From a virus: DNA of 64,000 bases. The translations under genes and the position numbers were made by a program. Of this stretch, positions 31,901 through 40,405 are shown in pieces. The stretch's first letter is position 1; the number at the start of each line of letters is the position of its first letter. The stretch lies in the IMG/VR virus record IMGVR_UViG_3300024255_001088; one strand, given 5' to 3'. The notes below the pieces were generated by a model. That model saw only the letters and a list, made by a program, of their open reading frames with translations, was not told where the DNA came from and did not search any database.

Positions 31901-32722
31901 GAATCAACTATTGCTGGTGGTGGCCAAGCATATGCAACTACTAACATGTACTATGATGTATTGCATACAATGATACCTTCTTTAACATATAAAGACACAA
32001 CATTATTGTCAAGTGTTAGAAGAACAGGAACTAATTCACCTGAAGATAATAATTTAGATTCAACATTTACATTACGCTCAAAGAATGAATTCATTACATT
32101 AAATGACAATAACTATTTCGAAAGACCTAGTATTATCGCATCGAGTATTAATGAAGCAGAAGAACAGACTGGTGGCACAAATAATAAATCATTTGAATGT
32201 AGATTACAGTTTACTAGTGCTAACCAGAACTTATCTCCAGTAATTGATATTGGTACGATTGGTTGTTTGGGTATCATGAATAGAATCAATGATATTGATT
32301 CTGCTAATGACCTACCTGGTGGTTCAACTGGTTCTATGATTCATGTGCCTTCAACTGATCCAGATGGCGATAATAACGCCATGGTCTATATCACTAGAAA
32401 AGTGAATCTTAAGAATCCTGCAACTACATTGAAAGTTATTGCAGACAACTATAGACCACCTGAATCTGATTTAAAATTCATGTTTAAGATATTAAAGAAT
32501 GACGAGACAACACCTATCGATGACTTAGGGTTTGAATACTTCAATACGAATGGGGATCCAGATGTGGTGACCGAAAAAGATGCAAGAAACTTTAAAGAGT
32601 ACGAATATACTGCTGAAGGTTTACCAGAGTTCACAGGTTTTGTAGTTAAGATTGTTGGTCAATCAAGTAATACTTCGATTGTACCACTAGTGACTGCATT
32701 GAGGTGTATTGCTCTTGCGTAA
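25913..32722 (+). CDS. Giant virion structural protein (VrlC/DUF4815-like)
   Basis: DLNISPYYDDY, VLFR...LQARELTQ, GADRL, RFKSGFLVDNF, DPLAESF, EQTDDLKF; 2269 aa. Confidence 0.85.
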   Translation: MSEKTDLNISPYYDDYNEDNNYHKVLFRAGRPLQARELTQSQSILQNQIQKFGSHMFKEGSIVNGAETDIDMDVEYVKVEATNPNSTGTADVATYLSGFTGKLIQGETTGVVAEIVKTVASTGTDLATIIVRYLQHGTDETATTNPSERFSPSEEISEVNVSAAGAITTASNNNEFKVAALGLSPVGRSSIANINEGVVFLRGYFVKVDAQTIVLEKYNGKPSYRIGLDIVEELVGSGTDTTLLDNSQGTTNENAAGADRLKFTLTLAKFALTATTDTNFVELGRVSNGVIELEVKRPVYNHIENTLAQRTFDANGDFVIRQFTHSFREHLLDGFNRGFYEAYQGGDESQFVMQVSPGKAYVKGYSIDKTGTTNLTLNKARTTEALTNANTPARLGNKLRIKDSHGQPEFGDSTNTESYKAIQLFDKATATPGTLNAYSDADYVGHIGFARVRNIDEHSTAFENLYLFDIKMFTMLSCTVNADNFKAGDKVTGSASGATGIVAYADTTNNHVMVHDVVGTFKTTDALALKGQGTYSSSSTIAAVRSFQVEDARSVGQTRSSETTGTQHFTANIALDHDKIISGLTTINSNKSLTGVGTAFLTELRKGDIILDGNGVEQVIDSVTDNSNATTISAPTSAVQVGLLRRRAKLYNQDQSSTVFAFPRDHVSKSTPTEITVKYQKEFTVGSSGEINLTKEANESFEPKNNDNYQFAIVKQSTDSNRTRADGVVLGGDDVSSVNVSSGEVVLGATADAGAVVRATYTVSVTNPTSKSKNLREFRALRFTKNDAHADNPFYGTAYDHKELSLGVSDVYKIRGIFEAVPGTDTSGIATPPNAVITLTSGTSTTGNIIKGATTGVRAKLMKFTDTQTCYFYYLGTEKFTAGETVVDETTGGIATITSLGVQSPEITSRYSLDNGQRDGYYDHAKLILKQGQTTPNNQITVLFDMFTGGSGDFYDVNSYSSVPYKDIPNFSPNKVDLGGFEPDGQFELADAVDFRPSVGQLFGNADLVSQSYVFNIASILDVSDYSSGNGTGHLISPFAYEARSFESSRDNLLGVSSADITTSHSTYSRCPLPTSMIKSDIEFYVPRIDKVFLHRSGKFEVAQGNPTLTPQRPNSIDDSLEMFELFIPAFTRNVKQIQVKTKDYRRFTMGDIGKINQRVTNLERITALSLLEKDTQTKQILDAQGFDRFKSGFLVDNFRGHKIGDVSHPDYHVGIDTKLGQLRPESVSNFFDMELNASGSTGYQQTGDLITLPYSQVSYVNQDKASRHVNVNPYHVFAFIGNVKLTPGSDIWNDTEQLPEVRINREGNFDAVLAENQNSLGTIWNNWQTTWVGEPTVVSSSVDAAVPGNWSGDPAQGGEWVQGTIITTEITETPEIQSRQGVNTSVVEDFVETRNDRVVSVSVIPFIRSREITAVGTNLKPNTKHFVYFDGIRVDGYVTPSSADFSQDGTTNKGVGIKTNGNGKVECKFLIPNDQFQRFPTGQRELKITSQSSNQSNPDSMGAEIYQAQGLLNSSQTEIVSTRNGRVVTERLSGERTITRRGERLNVTGDGSLPPPPPPIVPPPPVPPTPPPMPPTPVYVPVPVPVPVPVPVPVPVPVPVPVPTPPTTVPIPPPVPLPPRFPPADLMVLPREEGRRIFDFDIPAEPRGWQDPLAESFMVESDGGMFLTSIDVFFKSKATSLPVSVEIRNMINGYPGQTTIPFSIVTKNPDEVNTSDDGSSATTFTFESPVYLEDKHEYCFVVYTNSTDYECFISRMGETDLITGQTISGQPYAGSLFMSQNASTWTAEQTDDLKFNMRVAKFNTTTAANIVFNNAHLPPKKLQNNSIETFSNQSFFRVYSYSHGMYDNQSNVVIYGVEGDKKNGVLTVAGSTTGTPTAGTYNNSGANWDSTGYTYSGTGTGLKIDTITVNSGNQISSVTIKDPGVGYTANESITINNYDGSNNATITLSSVGDTLGGFPVDSINKVFSSINNYGIDSFACTPDLTSYHLSYTNAVESTIAGGGQAYATTNMYYDVLHTMIPSLTYKDTTLLSSVRRTGTNSPEDNNLDSTFTLRSKNEFITLNDNNYFERPSIIASSINEAEEQTGGTNNKSFECRLQFTSANQNLSPVIDIGTIGCLGIMNRINDIDSANDLPGGSTGSMIHVPSTDPDGDNNAMVYITRKVNLKNPATTLKVIADNYRPPESDLKFMFKILKNDETTPIDDLGFEYFNTNGDPDVVTEKDARNFKEYEYTAEGLPEFTGFVVKIVGQSSNTSIVPLVTALRCIALA
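30575..30785 (+). repeat. Proline-rich (PPP / PV dipeptide) coding repeat
   Basis: About 70-aa Pro/Val tract; includes tandem copies of gtgccagtccctgtaccagttccggtacct. Confidence 0.9.
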
Positions 32723-32930
32723 GATAGTACATAAAGTGGAAGGATTTTCAGACCTAATTAGGGATGAATCCTCTCATGCCATTATCAATACTAACGAAGA
32801 ACAGTATAGGTTGACAATGAAAAGAAGAGATTTTTTAAAAACTCAAAAGAATGAAATAAATACTCTTAAGAAAGAGGTAACAGAAATTAAAGACTTATTA
32901 AAAGATATAGTAGAGAAATTACATGGCTAA
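32709..32930 (+). CDS. Small coiled-coil hypothetical protein
   Basis: KVEG...LIRDESSHAIIN...EINTLKKEVTEIKDLL; follows the VrlC-like gene; start uncertain. Confidence 0.7.
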   Translation: MLLRKIVHKVEGFSDLIRDESSHAIINTNEEQYRLTMKRRDFLKTQKNEINTLKKEVTEIKDLLKDIVEKLHG

Positions 32931-35301
32931 AACAGTAGACAACTTCGCAACAATTGAAGACTTTAGAACTACCTATAACGAACTCGCATATGATGTGGGT
33001 GAAGTTTCTGGTCTAAGGGAAGGATTAAAATCTGGAAACAACGGAACACTAGTTGATGCTGTCAATGTTTTAGAAGACAAACAGTTTTTCTTCCAAGAGT
33101 TCATATTCGTTGCATCAACAAACCAAACACTATTTACAGGTAACGATGAGTTTGTAAATAACTTAATTTTTGTAAAAGATAAGATTCAAGTATTTAAAAA
33201 CGAAAGACATTTGATAGAAGATGTAGATTTCATTATTTCTAATCCTACTGGTACAGGTTCGCATGAGGGTATCACACTAACAGGTACTTATGCATCTGGT
33301 CAAGCAAATGCAATGTCTACTAACGATAGACTTCATGTATACTCATACACTGGTGCATTTGTAGGAACAAATATTGCAAACTCAGTTGCATCATTCTTCC
33401 AGAAAACAGTTGAGAACACAATCTATAACACCAATGCAAACGGTGTTATTATAAATGGAGATAGTTCATCACCAACAACTCTACTAGAATCTGGATATAC
33501 AATACAACTTGCAGGCAAGACATTTGCAGAAGATGATATCTTACTCACAACAGGCAAGACACTAACTGCACCTACTATCACTGATTCTACAATGAGTATC
33601 AACAGTGGTTCTATAACAGGCGCAGTCAACGGAACATTCTCAGGATTCTTAGATATCGAAGGTAACATCGATGTAAATGGTACATCTAATTTAGATGTTG
33701 TAGACATTGATGGTACAGTAAATATGGCATCAACACTAACAGTTGATGGCAATACAGACTTAAATGCAAACCTTACAGTAGACGGAAACACAACATTAGG
33801 TAACGCCGCTTCTGATACAATCACATTTACAGGTTATGCAAACTCTCATTTAAGACCAGAAACAACTAATACATATTCATTGGGTTTAACATCAAAGAGA
33901 TGGTCAAATGTATATTCAAACTTATCAAATGTATCAGGAACTGCAACAGTAGGAACTCTAACAGATGGTACATTGAGTATCACTGGTGGCGACATTACAA
34001 GTGTCGATGATATAACAGGTGACACAAACTCAGTATTCAAATCAGGTAGTTCTGTAGTTAATAACATTAAAAACTTTGCTGGTACTCACACAATACTAGA
34101 TACAACATCTGACCACGACAGTAATGCAAACGCAGGTTCTTTGACTGGTACAGTTTCAAGTATTGCAAACCACACAACACAAAACTTAACAGAACATAGT
34201 TCTAATCTATATTATACAGATGCAAGAGCAGACGCTAGAATCGCATTAAAGAATATAGATTATCTTGCAAATGTAACCAATTCAGCGCTTGCAAATGATG
34301 ATGTTTTATTGTATAATGGTAGTGCATGGGTGAATACGCCAATGCAAGAGAGAGTTGAAGATATCGCTGGTGCAATGTTCGCTGGTAATACTGAAACAGG
34401 TCTATCAGTCACATACAACGATACTACAGGCAAAACAAATCTAGTAGTAGACAATTCAACTTTCACATTAACAGGTGGAGTCACAGGTACTGCTACTCAG
34501 ACTGCAAAGGGTAATTTGACAATTGCAACTACTCTTAGAGATTTGACAAAAGGAGATATTACTGATACTCAACTTGCTCTAAATGATTTATACGATGTTT
34601 CAGATGGAAACAATACTGATGACCAAATCTTAGTACAAGACACTAATGGTACATGGTCGAATGTCACACTCACCGAGAAAGTACAAGACATTTCTGGTGG
34701 AATGTTCACAGGCAATACTGAAACAGGTATTACTGCAACATATCAAGATTCAGATGGAACTGTTGACCTTGTAGTAGACAATTCAATTTTCACATTAACA
34801 GGCAAAGTCACTGGTACCCAGACTCAGACTGCAAAGGGTAATGTATCTATTTCCACCTCAGTCAATCTCGCATTATCAGACTTACCATCAATCGACTTAG
34901 AAGATTTAGCAAATGTCAATAGTGGTGCAAATACTGGTCAAGTATTAGTTTGGAGTGGTAGTGCTTGGAACCCTGCTGACCAAGCTGGTAGTACTAGTAA
35001 TTTAACTGAAGACGCTTCTGCTGTATTCTTTACAGACAACAGAGTTGCAGATGTCTTTAAGGTGAGTGATAATGTTGAACTAAATAAAGGTATAAAAATC
35101 ACCTACAATGATAATCCAGAAGGTGGTACTAATACAACTACAGATGGTGAGATAACATTCGAAGCTTCAGTTAGTAATGGTATCGCTCTAGATGGTAACG
35201 ACATAGAGTTAGATTATAGTGTGATAACAGACTCAGATTTATCTAGTGGTCTTCCGAGTGGTAGTGGAAAAGAGATTGGTCATCTTTTCTTTTTAATATA
35301 G
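32923..35301 (+). CDS. Tail-fibre-like structural protein (fibre of cassette 1)
   Basis: T/G/S/D-rich beta repeats; duplicated VxDIxGxMFxGNTETG module; NLYYTDARAD; ends PSGSGKEIGHLFFLI. Confidence 0.75.
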   Translation: MAKTVDNFATIEDFRTTYNELAYDVGEVSGLREGLKSGNNGTLVDAVNVLEDKQFFFQEFIFVASTNQTLFTGNDEFVNNLIFVKDKIQVFKNERHLIEDVDFIISNPTGTGSHEGITLTGTYASGQANAMSTNDRLHVYSYTGAFVGTNIANSVASFFQKTVENTIYNTNANGVIINGDSSSPTTLLESGYTIQLAGKTFAEDDILLTTGKTLTAPTITDSTMSINSGSITGAVNGTFSGFLDIEGNIDVNGTSNLDVVDIDGTVNMASTLTVDGNTDLNANLTVDGNTTLGNAASDTITFTGYANSHLRPETTNTYSLGLTSKRWSNVYSNLSNVSGTATVGTLTDGTLSITGGDITSVDDITGDTNSVFKSGSSVVNNIKNFAGTHTILDTTSDHDSNANAGSLTGTVSSIANHTTQNLTEHSSNLYYTDARADARIALKNIDYLANVTNSALANDDVLLYNGSAWVNTPMQERVEDIAGAMFAGNTETGLSVTYNDTTGKTNLVVDNSTFTLTGGVTGTATQTAKGNLTIATTLRDLTKGDITDTQLALNDLYDVSDGNNTDDQILVQDTNGTWSNVTLTEKVQDISGGMFTGNTETGITATYQDSDGTVDLVVDNSIFTLTGKVTGTQTQTAKGNVSISTSVNLALSDLPSIDLEDLANVNSGANTGQVLVWSGSAWNPADQAGSTSNLTEDASAVFFTDNRVADVFKVSDNVELNKGIKITYNDNPEGGTNTTTDGEITFEASVSNGIALDGNDIELDYSVITDSDLSSGLPSGSGKEIGHLFFLI

Positions 35302-35311
35302 TGAACAAAAT

Positions 35312-36901
35312 ATGTCAGACGATATTTTTATAAAACATGATAAGAATGGTGGAACTTTTCAGCAACCCTTTTTAGCCAGAGTACCTGCAACCGGTCAACA
35401 ACCGAATATCGCACAAAGAATTTATCAGGTTACTACTCAAGGAACACAACCATTTACATATCAAAGTAGAACACCTACAAATGTTCAGACGCCTAGTAAT
35501 GCACAAAATCCAATAATTGCTCAAGGTATCGCACAAACAACTTATCAACATAGGTCGCCTGCTATATACACAAGTAGGGCGCCTTCAATATACAATATTC
35601 AAACACCTTCTACATATCAACATAGAAGTCCTTTGATATATCAACATAGGTCACCGTTTACTTATCAGTTAAATTATCAACATAGAGAACCTTCTACATA
35701 TCAACATAGAAGTCCTTTGATATATCGTACACCGACTCAGACTAGAACGCCTAGCATCTATACAAATAGACAACCTTTAACATATGAACATAGAAGTCCT
35801 TTTACATATGACCACAGAAGTCCTTTAACATATGACCACAGAAGTCCTTCTCGAACACCTTCTACATATCAAAATAGACAACCTTTAATATATGACCATA
35901 GGTCGCCTTATCAAAGTCCGTTTACTTATCAACATAGAAGTCCGTTGATATATGACCATAGGTCGCCTTCTACATACGATAATAGAGAACCTAGTATCTA
36001 TCAACATAGAAGTCCAGACACTTATCAGCATCAATCGCCGAGTACTTATCAGCATAGGTCACCGTCTCAGAGTCCGTTTACATACGACCATAGGTCACCA
36101 TTTACATATGACCATAGGTCACCGTCTCAGAGTCCGTTTACATACGACCATAGGTCACCATTTACATATGACCATAGGTCGCCTTATCAAAGTCCGTTTA
36201 CATACGACCATAGGTCACCATTTACATATGACCATAGGTCACCATTTACAACTCCAGTAATTGTTAATACACAAAGCTCAAGAAATGCACGAACACCGTT
36301 TATCTTTAGTGAATTACAACAGCAAAACATTGGTACTACGACTGCTCCATATGCTGAAGTTCATTGTGAGATGTCACTTATAGATTCTAGCGGTCGAGAA
36401 CCTTGGATTGTATTATATTGTGTTGAATCAAGTAATGATGTTAATGTATATGTTTATGCTTCAGCTGATGCATTTGGACTTCCTGATGCATATCTGAAAG
36501 AAACAAATACCGGCGGTACTCAAAATGGTCAGGATCAAAACATTGAAGAAAATAGTGATGTTCTTCTATACAAAATAGACGATGCTGGAACTAATTATTC
36601 TGTTGCTAGAAGTACCTCTACTCATGGTACCTTCAATGAGGGTACTCTGAGCGGAAACATTTCTGGAGGCACTGCAATAACTAGCACTTCTTGGACTTAT
36701 GGTACAACTAATGGTACTTTTACCAAGTGGAAATGTGATAATGCTAACTCTGGAGATGTTAAGGAGTACGAGACAACTAATACATTTACATTTACAAGTC
36801 CAGATGCTAATATGGGAACTCATACAATAACGCTAAAAGTGAATCTGTATTACGAAAACGAACAACCAGAAGAAGATGAAGAAGAAAATGACCAGGAGTA
36901 A
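35312..36901 (+). CDS. Repeat filament protein A (PxTYxHRS array plus ~200-aa C-terminal domain)
   Basis: 310-aa proline-punctuated array (aa 19-328), then a non-repetitive domain with an acidic tail. Confidence 0.85.
   Translation: MSDDIFIKHDKNGGTFQQPFLARVPATGQQPNIAQRIYQVTTQGTQPFTYQSRTPTNVQTPSNAQNPIIAQGIAQTTYQHRSPAIYTSRAPSIYNIQTPSTYQHRSPLIYQHRSPFTYQLNYQHREPSTYQHRSPLIYRTPTQTRTPSIYTNRQPLTYEHRSPFTYDHRSPLTYDHRSPSRTPSTYQNRQPLIYDHRSPYQSPFTYQHRSPLIYDHRSPSTYDNREPSIYQHRSPDTYQHQSPSTYQHRSPSQSPFTYDHRSPFTYDHRSPSQSPFTYDHRSPFTYDHRSPYQSPFTYDHRSPFTYDHRSPFTTPVIVNTQSSRNARTPFIFSELQQQNIGTTTAPYAEVHCEMSLIDSSGREPWIVLYCVESSNDVNVYVYASADAFGLPDAYLKETNTGGTQNGQDQNIEENSDVLLYKIDDAGTNYSVARSTSTHGTFNEGTLSGNISGGTAITSTSWTYGTTNGTFTKWKCDNANSGDVKEYETTNTFTFTSPDANMGTHTITLKVNLYYENEQPEEDEEENDQE
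35366..36295 (+). repeat. Coding repeat array A
   Basis: Mostly 24-bp units such as ccatttacatatgaccataggtca; all Pro-to-Pro units are of even length. Confidence 0.9.
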
Positions 36902-36907
36902 TGTGAT

Positions 36908-38002
36908 ATGCCAGTAGGACAACAACCATCCATATACCAACATCCTATTGCTACACAGGCGCAACAACCAGCGCAACAACCTAATATTAGAAACAAACAA
37001 CACCCTGTTATTAGAAACAAACAGGAAAGTAATCAAGAACCTAATATTAGAAACAAACAACACCCTGTTATTAGAAACAAACAGGAAAGTAATCAAAATC
37101 CTGTTATTAGAAACAAACAAGAACCTAATATTAGAAGCAAACAGGAAAGTAATCAAAATCCTGTTATTAGAAACAAACAACATCCGTTTATTAGAGACAG
37201 ACAAAATCCGGTTGAAAGAGCTCATCAAACTCCTTATACTGCAAATAAACAAAATCCTGTTATTAGAGACCAACAGGTGCCTAGTATAAGAAACGCCCAA
37301 CAGAATGCTCAAGAACCTAATATTAGAAGCGCTCAAAGTCCTTACATCGCAGATGCACAAGCGAATACGCAGAATCCTTTTATTAGAAATCAACAAGAAC
37401 CTAATATTAGAAGCAAACAGGAATCTGTTATAAGAAACAAACAGTCTGCTTATCAAGCGAGTAAACAAACTCCTTCTATAACAAGAACACCAGCGAGTCA
37501 ACAAGAACCTAATATTAGAAGCGCACAAACACCTTCTATTAGACAAGCGCTTAAAAATAAACAACAACCTAATATTAGAAGTCAACAAGAACCTAATATT
37601 AGAAATAAGAGAACACCTTCAGCACATAACGCACAATATCTTAATACTCACAATAGACAAGACCCTGTTATTAGAAGACAACCATTTACATATCCTTTCT
37701 CATATAGAAGTCCTTCTACTTACAGACATCCTACTATTGGTCAACAACCATATATTGCACAAGGTCAGGCTTCTTATAGTTTTCAACAAAACAGACAACA
37801 ACCATATGGATTCAGGTCTCCGTTTATATTTCAAGCAACAGAGAACTCTAATCGACCAATAACGCCAGTTGCAAAAGTGAAAGGAGTCTTTATAAAAGAT
37901 AGTGATGGTGTTGTAAAAGCTTCAACTAAAGTCTTTGTTAAGAAAGATAGTTCAACAGTTGAGAAAATTCATCAGGTACCTGCTTTGCCGTTTGACGAAT
38001 AG
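36908..38002 (+). CDS. Repeat filament protein B (PNIRxxQE array), mirror partner of A
   Basis: 310-aa array (aa 7-316); C-terminal VKGVFIK...KVFVKK motif. Confidence 0.85.
   Translation: MPVGQQPSIYQHPIATQAQQPAQQPNIRNKQHPVIRNKQESNQEPNIRNKQHPVIRNKQESNQNPVIRNKQEPNIRSKQESNQNPVIRNKQHPFIRDRQNPVERAHQTPYTANKQNPVIRDQQVPSIRNAQQNAQEPNIRSAQSPYIADAQANTQNPFIRNQQEPNIRSKQESVIRNKQSAYQASKQTPSITRTPASQQEPNIRSAQTPSIRQALKNKQQPNIRSQQEPNIRNKRTPSAHNAQYLNTHNRQDPVIRRQPFTYPFSYRSPSTYRHPTIGQQPYIAQGQASYSFQQNRQQPYGFRSPFIFQATENSNRPITPVAKVKGVFIKDSDGVVKASTKVFVKKDSSTVEKIHQVPALPFDE
36926..37855 (+). repeat. Coding repeat array B
   Basis: cctaatattagaaacaaacaa-type units. Confidence 0.9.
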
Positions 38003-38019
38003 GATGACTAAATAGTAAT

Positions 38020-38352
38020 ATGGCTATAATCGCAAATTTATTTATCGACCAGGGAACAGACTTTACAGTTGCTGTAGATGTTTCCGATGCAACAGGAAGC
38101 GTTTTAAATCTCTCTGGTTATTCATCAGCAGGACAAATAAGAAAGACATACGGTTCTTCAACCATATCTGCCACATTTGCTACCAGTAATGAGAACGCTA
38201 CAGGTAAAGTGACATTATCTTTGACTGATACTCAAACATCAGCATTAGAACCTGGAAGATATGTGTATGATATGAACATAACAAGTGCTGGTGGTATAAC
38301 AACAAGAGTTGTAGAAGGTCAAGCAATAGTCACACCAGGAGTAACCAGATAA
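38020..38352 (+). CDS. Virion structural adaptor protein
   Basis: ANLFIDQGTDF...GRYVYD...RVVEG...VTPGVT; CTAAATA upstream. Confidence 0.75.
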   Translation: MAIIANLFIDQGTDFTVAVDVSDATGSVLNLSGYSSAGQIRKTYGSSTISATFATSNENATGKVTLSLTDTQTSALEPGRYVYDMNITSAGGITTRVVEGQAIVTPGVTR

Positions 38353-38591
38353 TGGCAATAAAAGGCGTAGTATCAAGAGTCGCTACTATAGGTGGCGTAT
38401 TATCCAACACAACAAATCTAAGAGCAAAACAAGTGACTGTTGGTTCTCAATCCGGTACTGATATCAGTGCAAAATCTATCAACGAACTTTCAGATGTAAA
38501 TGCATCGGAAACAGATGATGGTCTTCTCTCATATGACCAGTCAACTGATAAGTGGACAACCACCACTACGATAGACGGCGGAACATTCTAA
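38352..38591 (+). CDS. Small fibre-associated protein
   Basis: INELSDVN...LLSYDQSTDKW, ends IDGGTF. Confidence 0.7.
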   Translation: MAIKGVVSRVATIGGVLSNTTNLRAKQVTVGSQSGTDISAKSINELSDVNASETDDGLLSYDQSTDKWTTTTTIDGGTF

Positions 38592-38617
38592 AACACTAAA
38601 TAATAGTACAAATCAAG

Positions 38618-38698
38618 GTTGTCGACCAGTGAGACAACGACCCTCATTGTGAGAGGACAGTTTTATATTATGTATTCACGACTCAGGAGTGCTGAGTC
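38618..38698 (+). promoter_or_regulatory. Structured 5' leader (three hairpins) upstream of a fibre gene
   Basis: GTTGTC/GACAAC, CTCA/TGAG and GACTCAG/CTGAGTC stems, downstream of CTAAATA. Confidence 0.45.
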
Positions 38699-38733
38699 AC
38701 AACAATTAATTTAATTTTTATAGGAAAATAAAA

Positions 38734-40368
38734 ATGGCAACAGTAATTCAAATCAAAAGAAGTACAGGCGCATCTGCTCCGGCGATATCAGATTTATCGG
38801 AAGGTGAATTGGCGTATGTACAAGATAGAAGTAATTCTGGTGCATCTGCTAAACTATTCATCGAATCAGTAGATTCAGATAATTCTACAGCCCTAATCCA
38901 TGCGATTGGTGGTAAGTATTATACTGATATGCTTTCTGGTTCTTCAGCAACACCTGCTAACTTTAAAGTTGGTAATGGTTCTACTGCTGGTGCAACTTTA
39001 CAAATCATGGAAGATTCCGATAACGGAACAAACTTCGTTGGTCTTAAAGCTGCAGATACTCTTGGTTCTTCAGTAACCTTCACGCTGCCTACCGCAGACG
39101 GTTCTGCTAACCAAGTTATAGCAACAGATGGTTCAGGAAATCTTTCTTTCGCTTCAACAACTTCAACCCTTGCTGGTGGTAGTGATGTAAACATCACATC
39201 TGCTGCTGATGGTGCGATGTTATTATATGATACAGGAACATCAAAATGGATTGACAATGTAATGTCTGGTGACGCCACTATGGCCGACACAGGTGTTATG
39301 ACAATCGCAAACAACGCTATCAACGCTGCTAAATTAGCAGATGATGCAGTAGATACTGCAGCTATCTTAGATAGTAATGTGACATTAGATAAGATTAACT
39401 TCTTTGTAGACGAAGACAACATGGCTTCTAACTCAGCAGTTAAAGTTCCTTCTCAACAATCAGTAAAAGCATATGTAGACAGTAGTGTAACCGCTTCAGA
39501 CTTAGATATGGCTGGTGACAGTGGAACAGGTGCAGTAGACTTAGACTCTCAGTCACTAACAATCGCTGGTACAGCAAACGAGATTGAAACATCAATGTCA
39601 GGACAAACTTTAACAGTTGGTCTTCCAAACAATGTGACAGTCGCAAATAACTTAACAGTTTCAGGAAACTTAATATCAGACGATATTACAACTGCAACTT
39701 TAACAACATCTGGTAACTTAACAGTCACAGGAAACTTGGCAGTTAATGGTACTACAACAACAGTAAACTCAACAACAGTAAATATCGCTGACCCTGTATT
39801 CGAAATTGGTTCAGATAGTTCAGACGATAACCTAGACAGAGGTATTAAATTTAAGTACAACTCCGGTGGTGCTAAAATTGGTTTCTTTGGTATGGATGAT
39901 ACAGATGGTTCTTTTGTCGCTCTAACAAGTGCAACAGATAGTTCTTCAGTATTCTCTGGTACTGCAATGGCAGGTAAATTCGGTGACTTAACAGCTGCTG
40001 GTTTAGCAATGAGTGGAAGTATTTCTTCTTATGCAGGTTCAGCTCCTACAGATGGTCAAGTCTTAATTGGTGACACATCTTCAGGTTTAATGGACGCTGC
40101 TACTCTTACTGCTGGTGATGGTATTGATATCACTAATGGTGCAGGTGCAATTACGATTGCTGCTGAAGTATCAACTGCTTCTAACTTAGGTTCTGTAATT
40201 GTCGCTGCTGGCGAAGGTATGGATGTAGCGTACTCAGGTGGTACAGCAACCATTACTGGAGAAGATGCAACGACATCTAATAAAGGTATCGCTAGTTTTG
40301 CTAGTGCTAACTTTACAGTATCAAGTGGTGCAGTTACCATTACTGCTATTGACGGTGGAACATTTTAA
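38734..40368 (+). CDS. Tail fibre protein (Mtd_N-like N-terminus)
   Basis: MATVIQIKRS...GELA; FTLPTADG; QQSVKAYVD; ends IDGGTF. Confidence 0.75.
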   Translation: MATVIQIKRSTGASAPAISDLSEGELAYVQDRSNSGASAKLFIESVDSDNSTALIHAIGGKYYTDMLSGSSATPANFKVGNGSTAGATLQIMEDSDNGTNFVGLKAADTLGSSVTFTLPTADGSANQVIATDGSGNLSFASTTSTLAGGSDVNITSAADGAMLLYDTGTSKWIDNVMSGDATMADTGVMTIANNAINAAKLADDAVDTAAILDSNVTLDKINFFVDEDNMASNSAVKVPSQQSVKAYVDSSVTASDLDMAGDSGTGAVDLDSQSLTIAGTANEIETSMSGQTLTVGLPNNVTVANNLTVSGNLISDDITTATLTTSGNLTVTGNLAVNGTTTTVNSTTVNIADPVFEIGSDSSDDNLDRGIKFKYNSGGAKIGFFGMDDTDGSFVALTSATDSSSVFSGTAMAGKFGDLTAAGLAMSGSISSYAGSAPTDGQVLIGDTSSGLMDAATLTAGDGIDITNGAGAITIAAEVSTASNLGSVIVAAGEGMDVAYSGGTATITGEDATTSNKGIASFASANFTVSSGAVTITAIDGGTF

Positions 40369-40405
40369 TTAATATTCTTTAACACACTTTCAATAGGAGA
40401 TAGAA

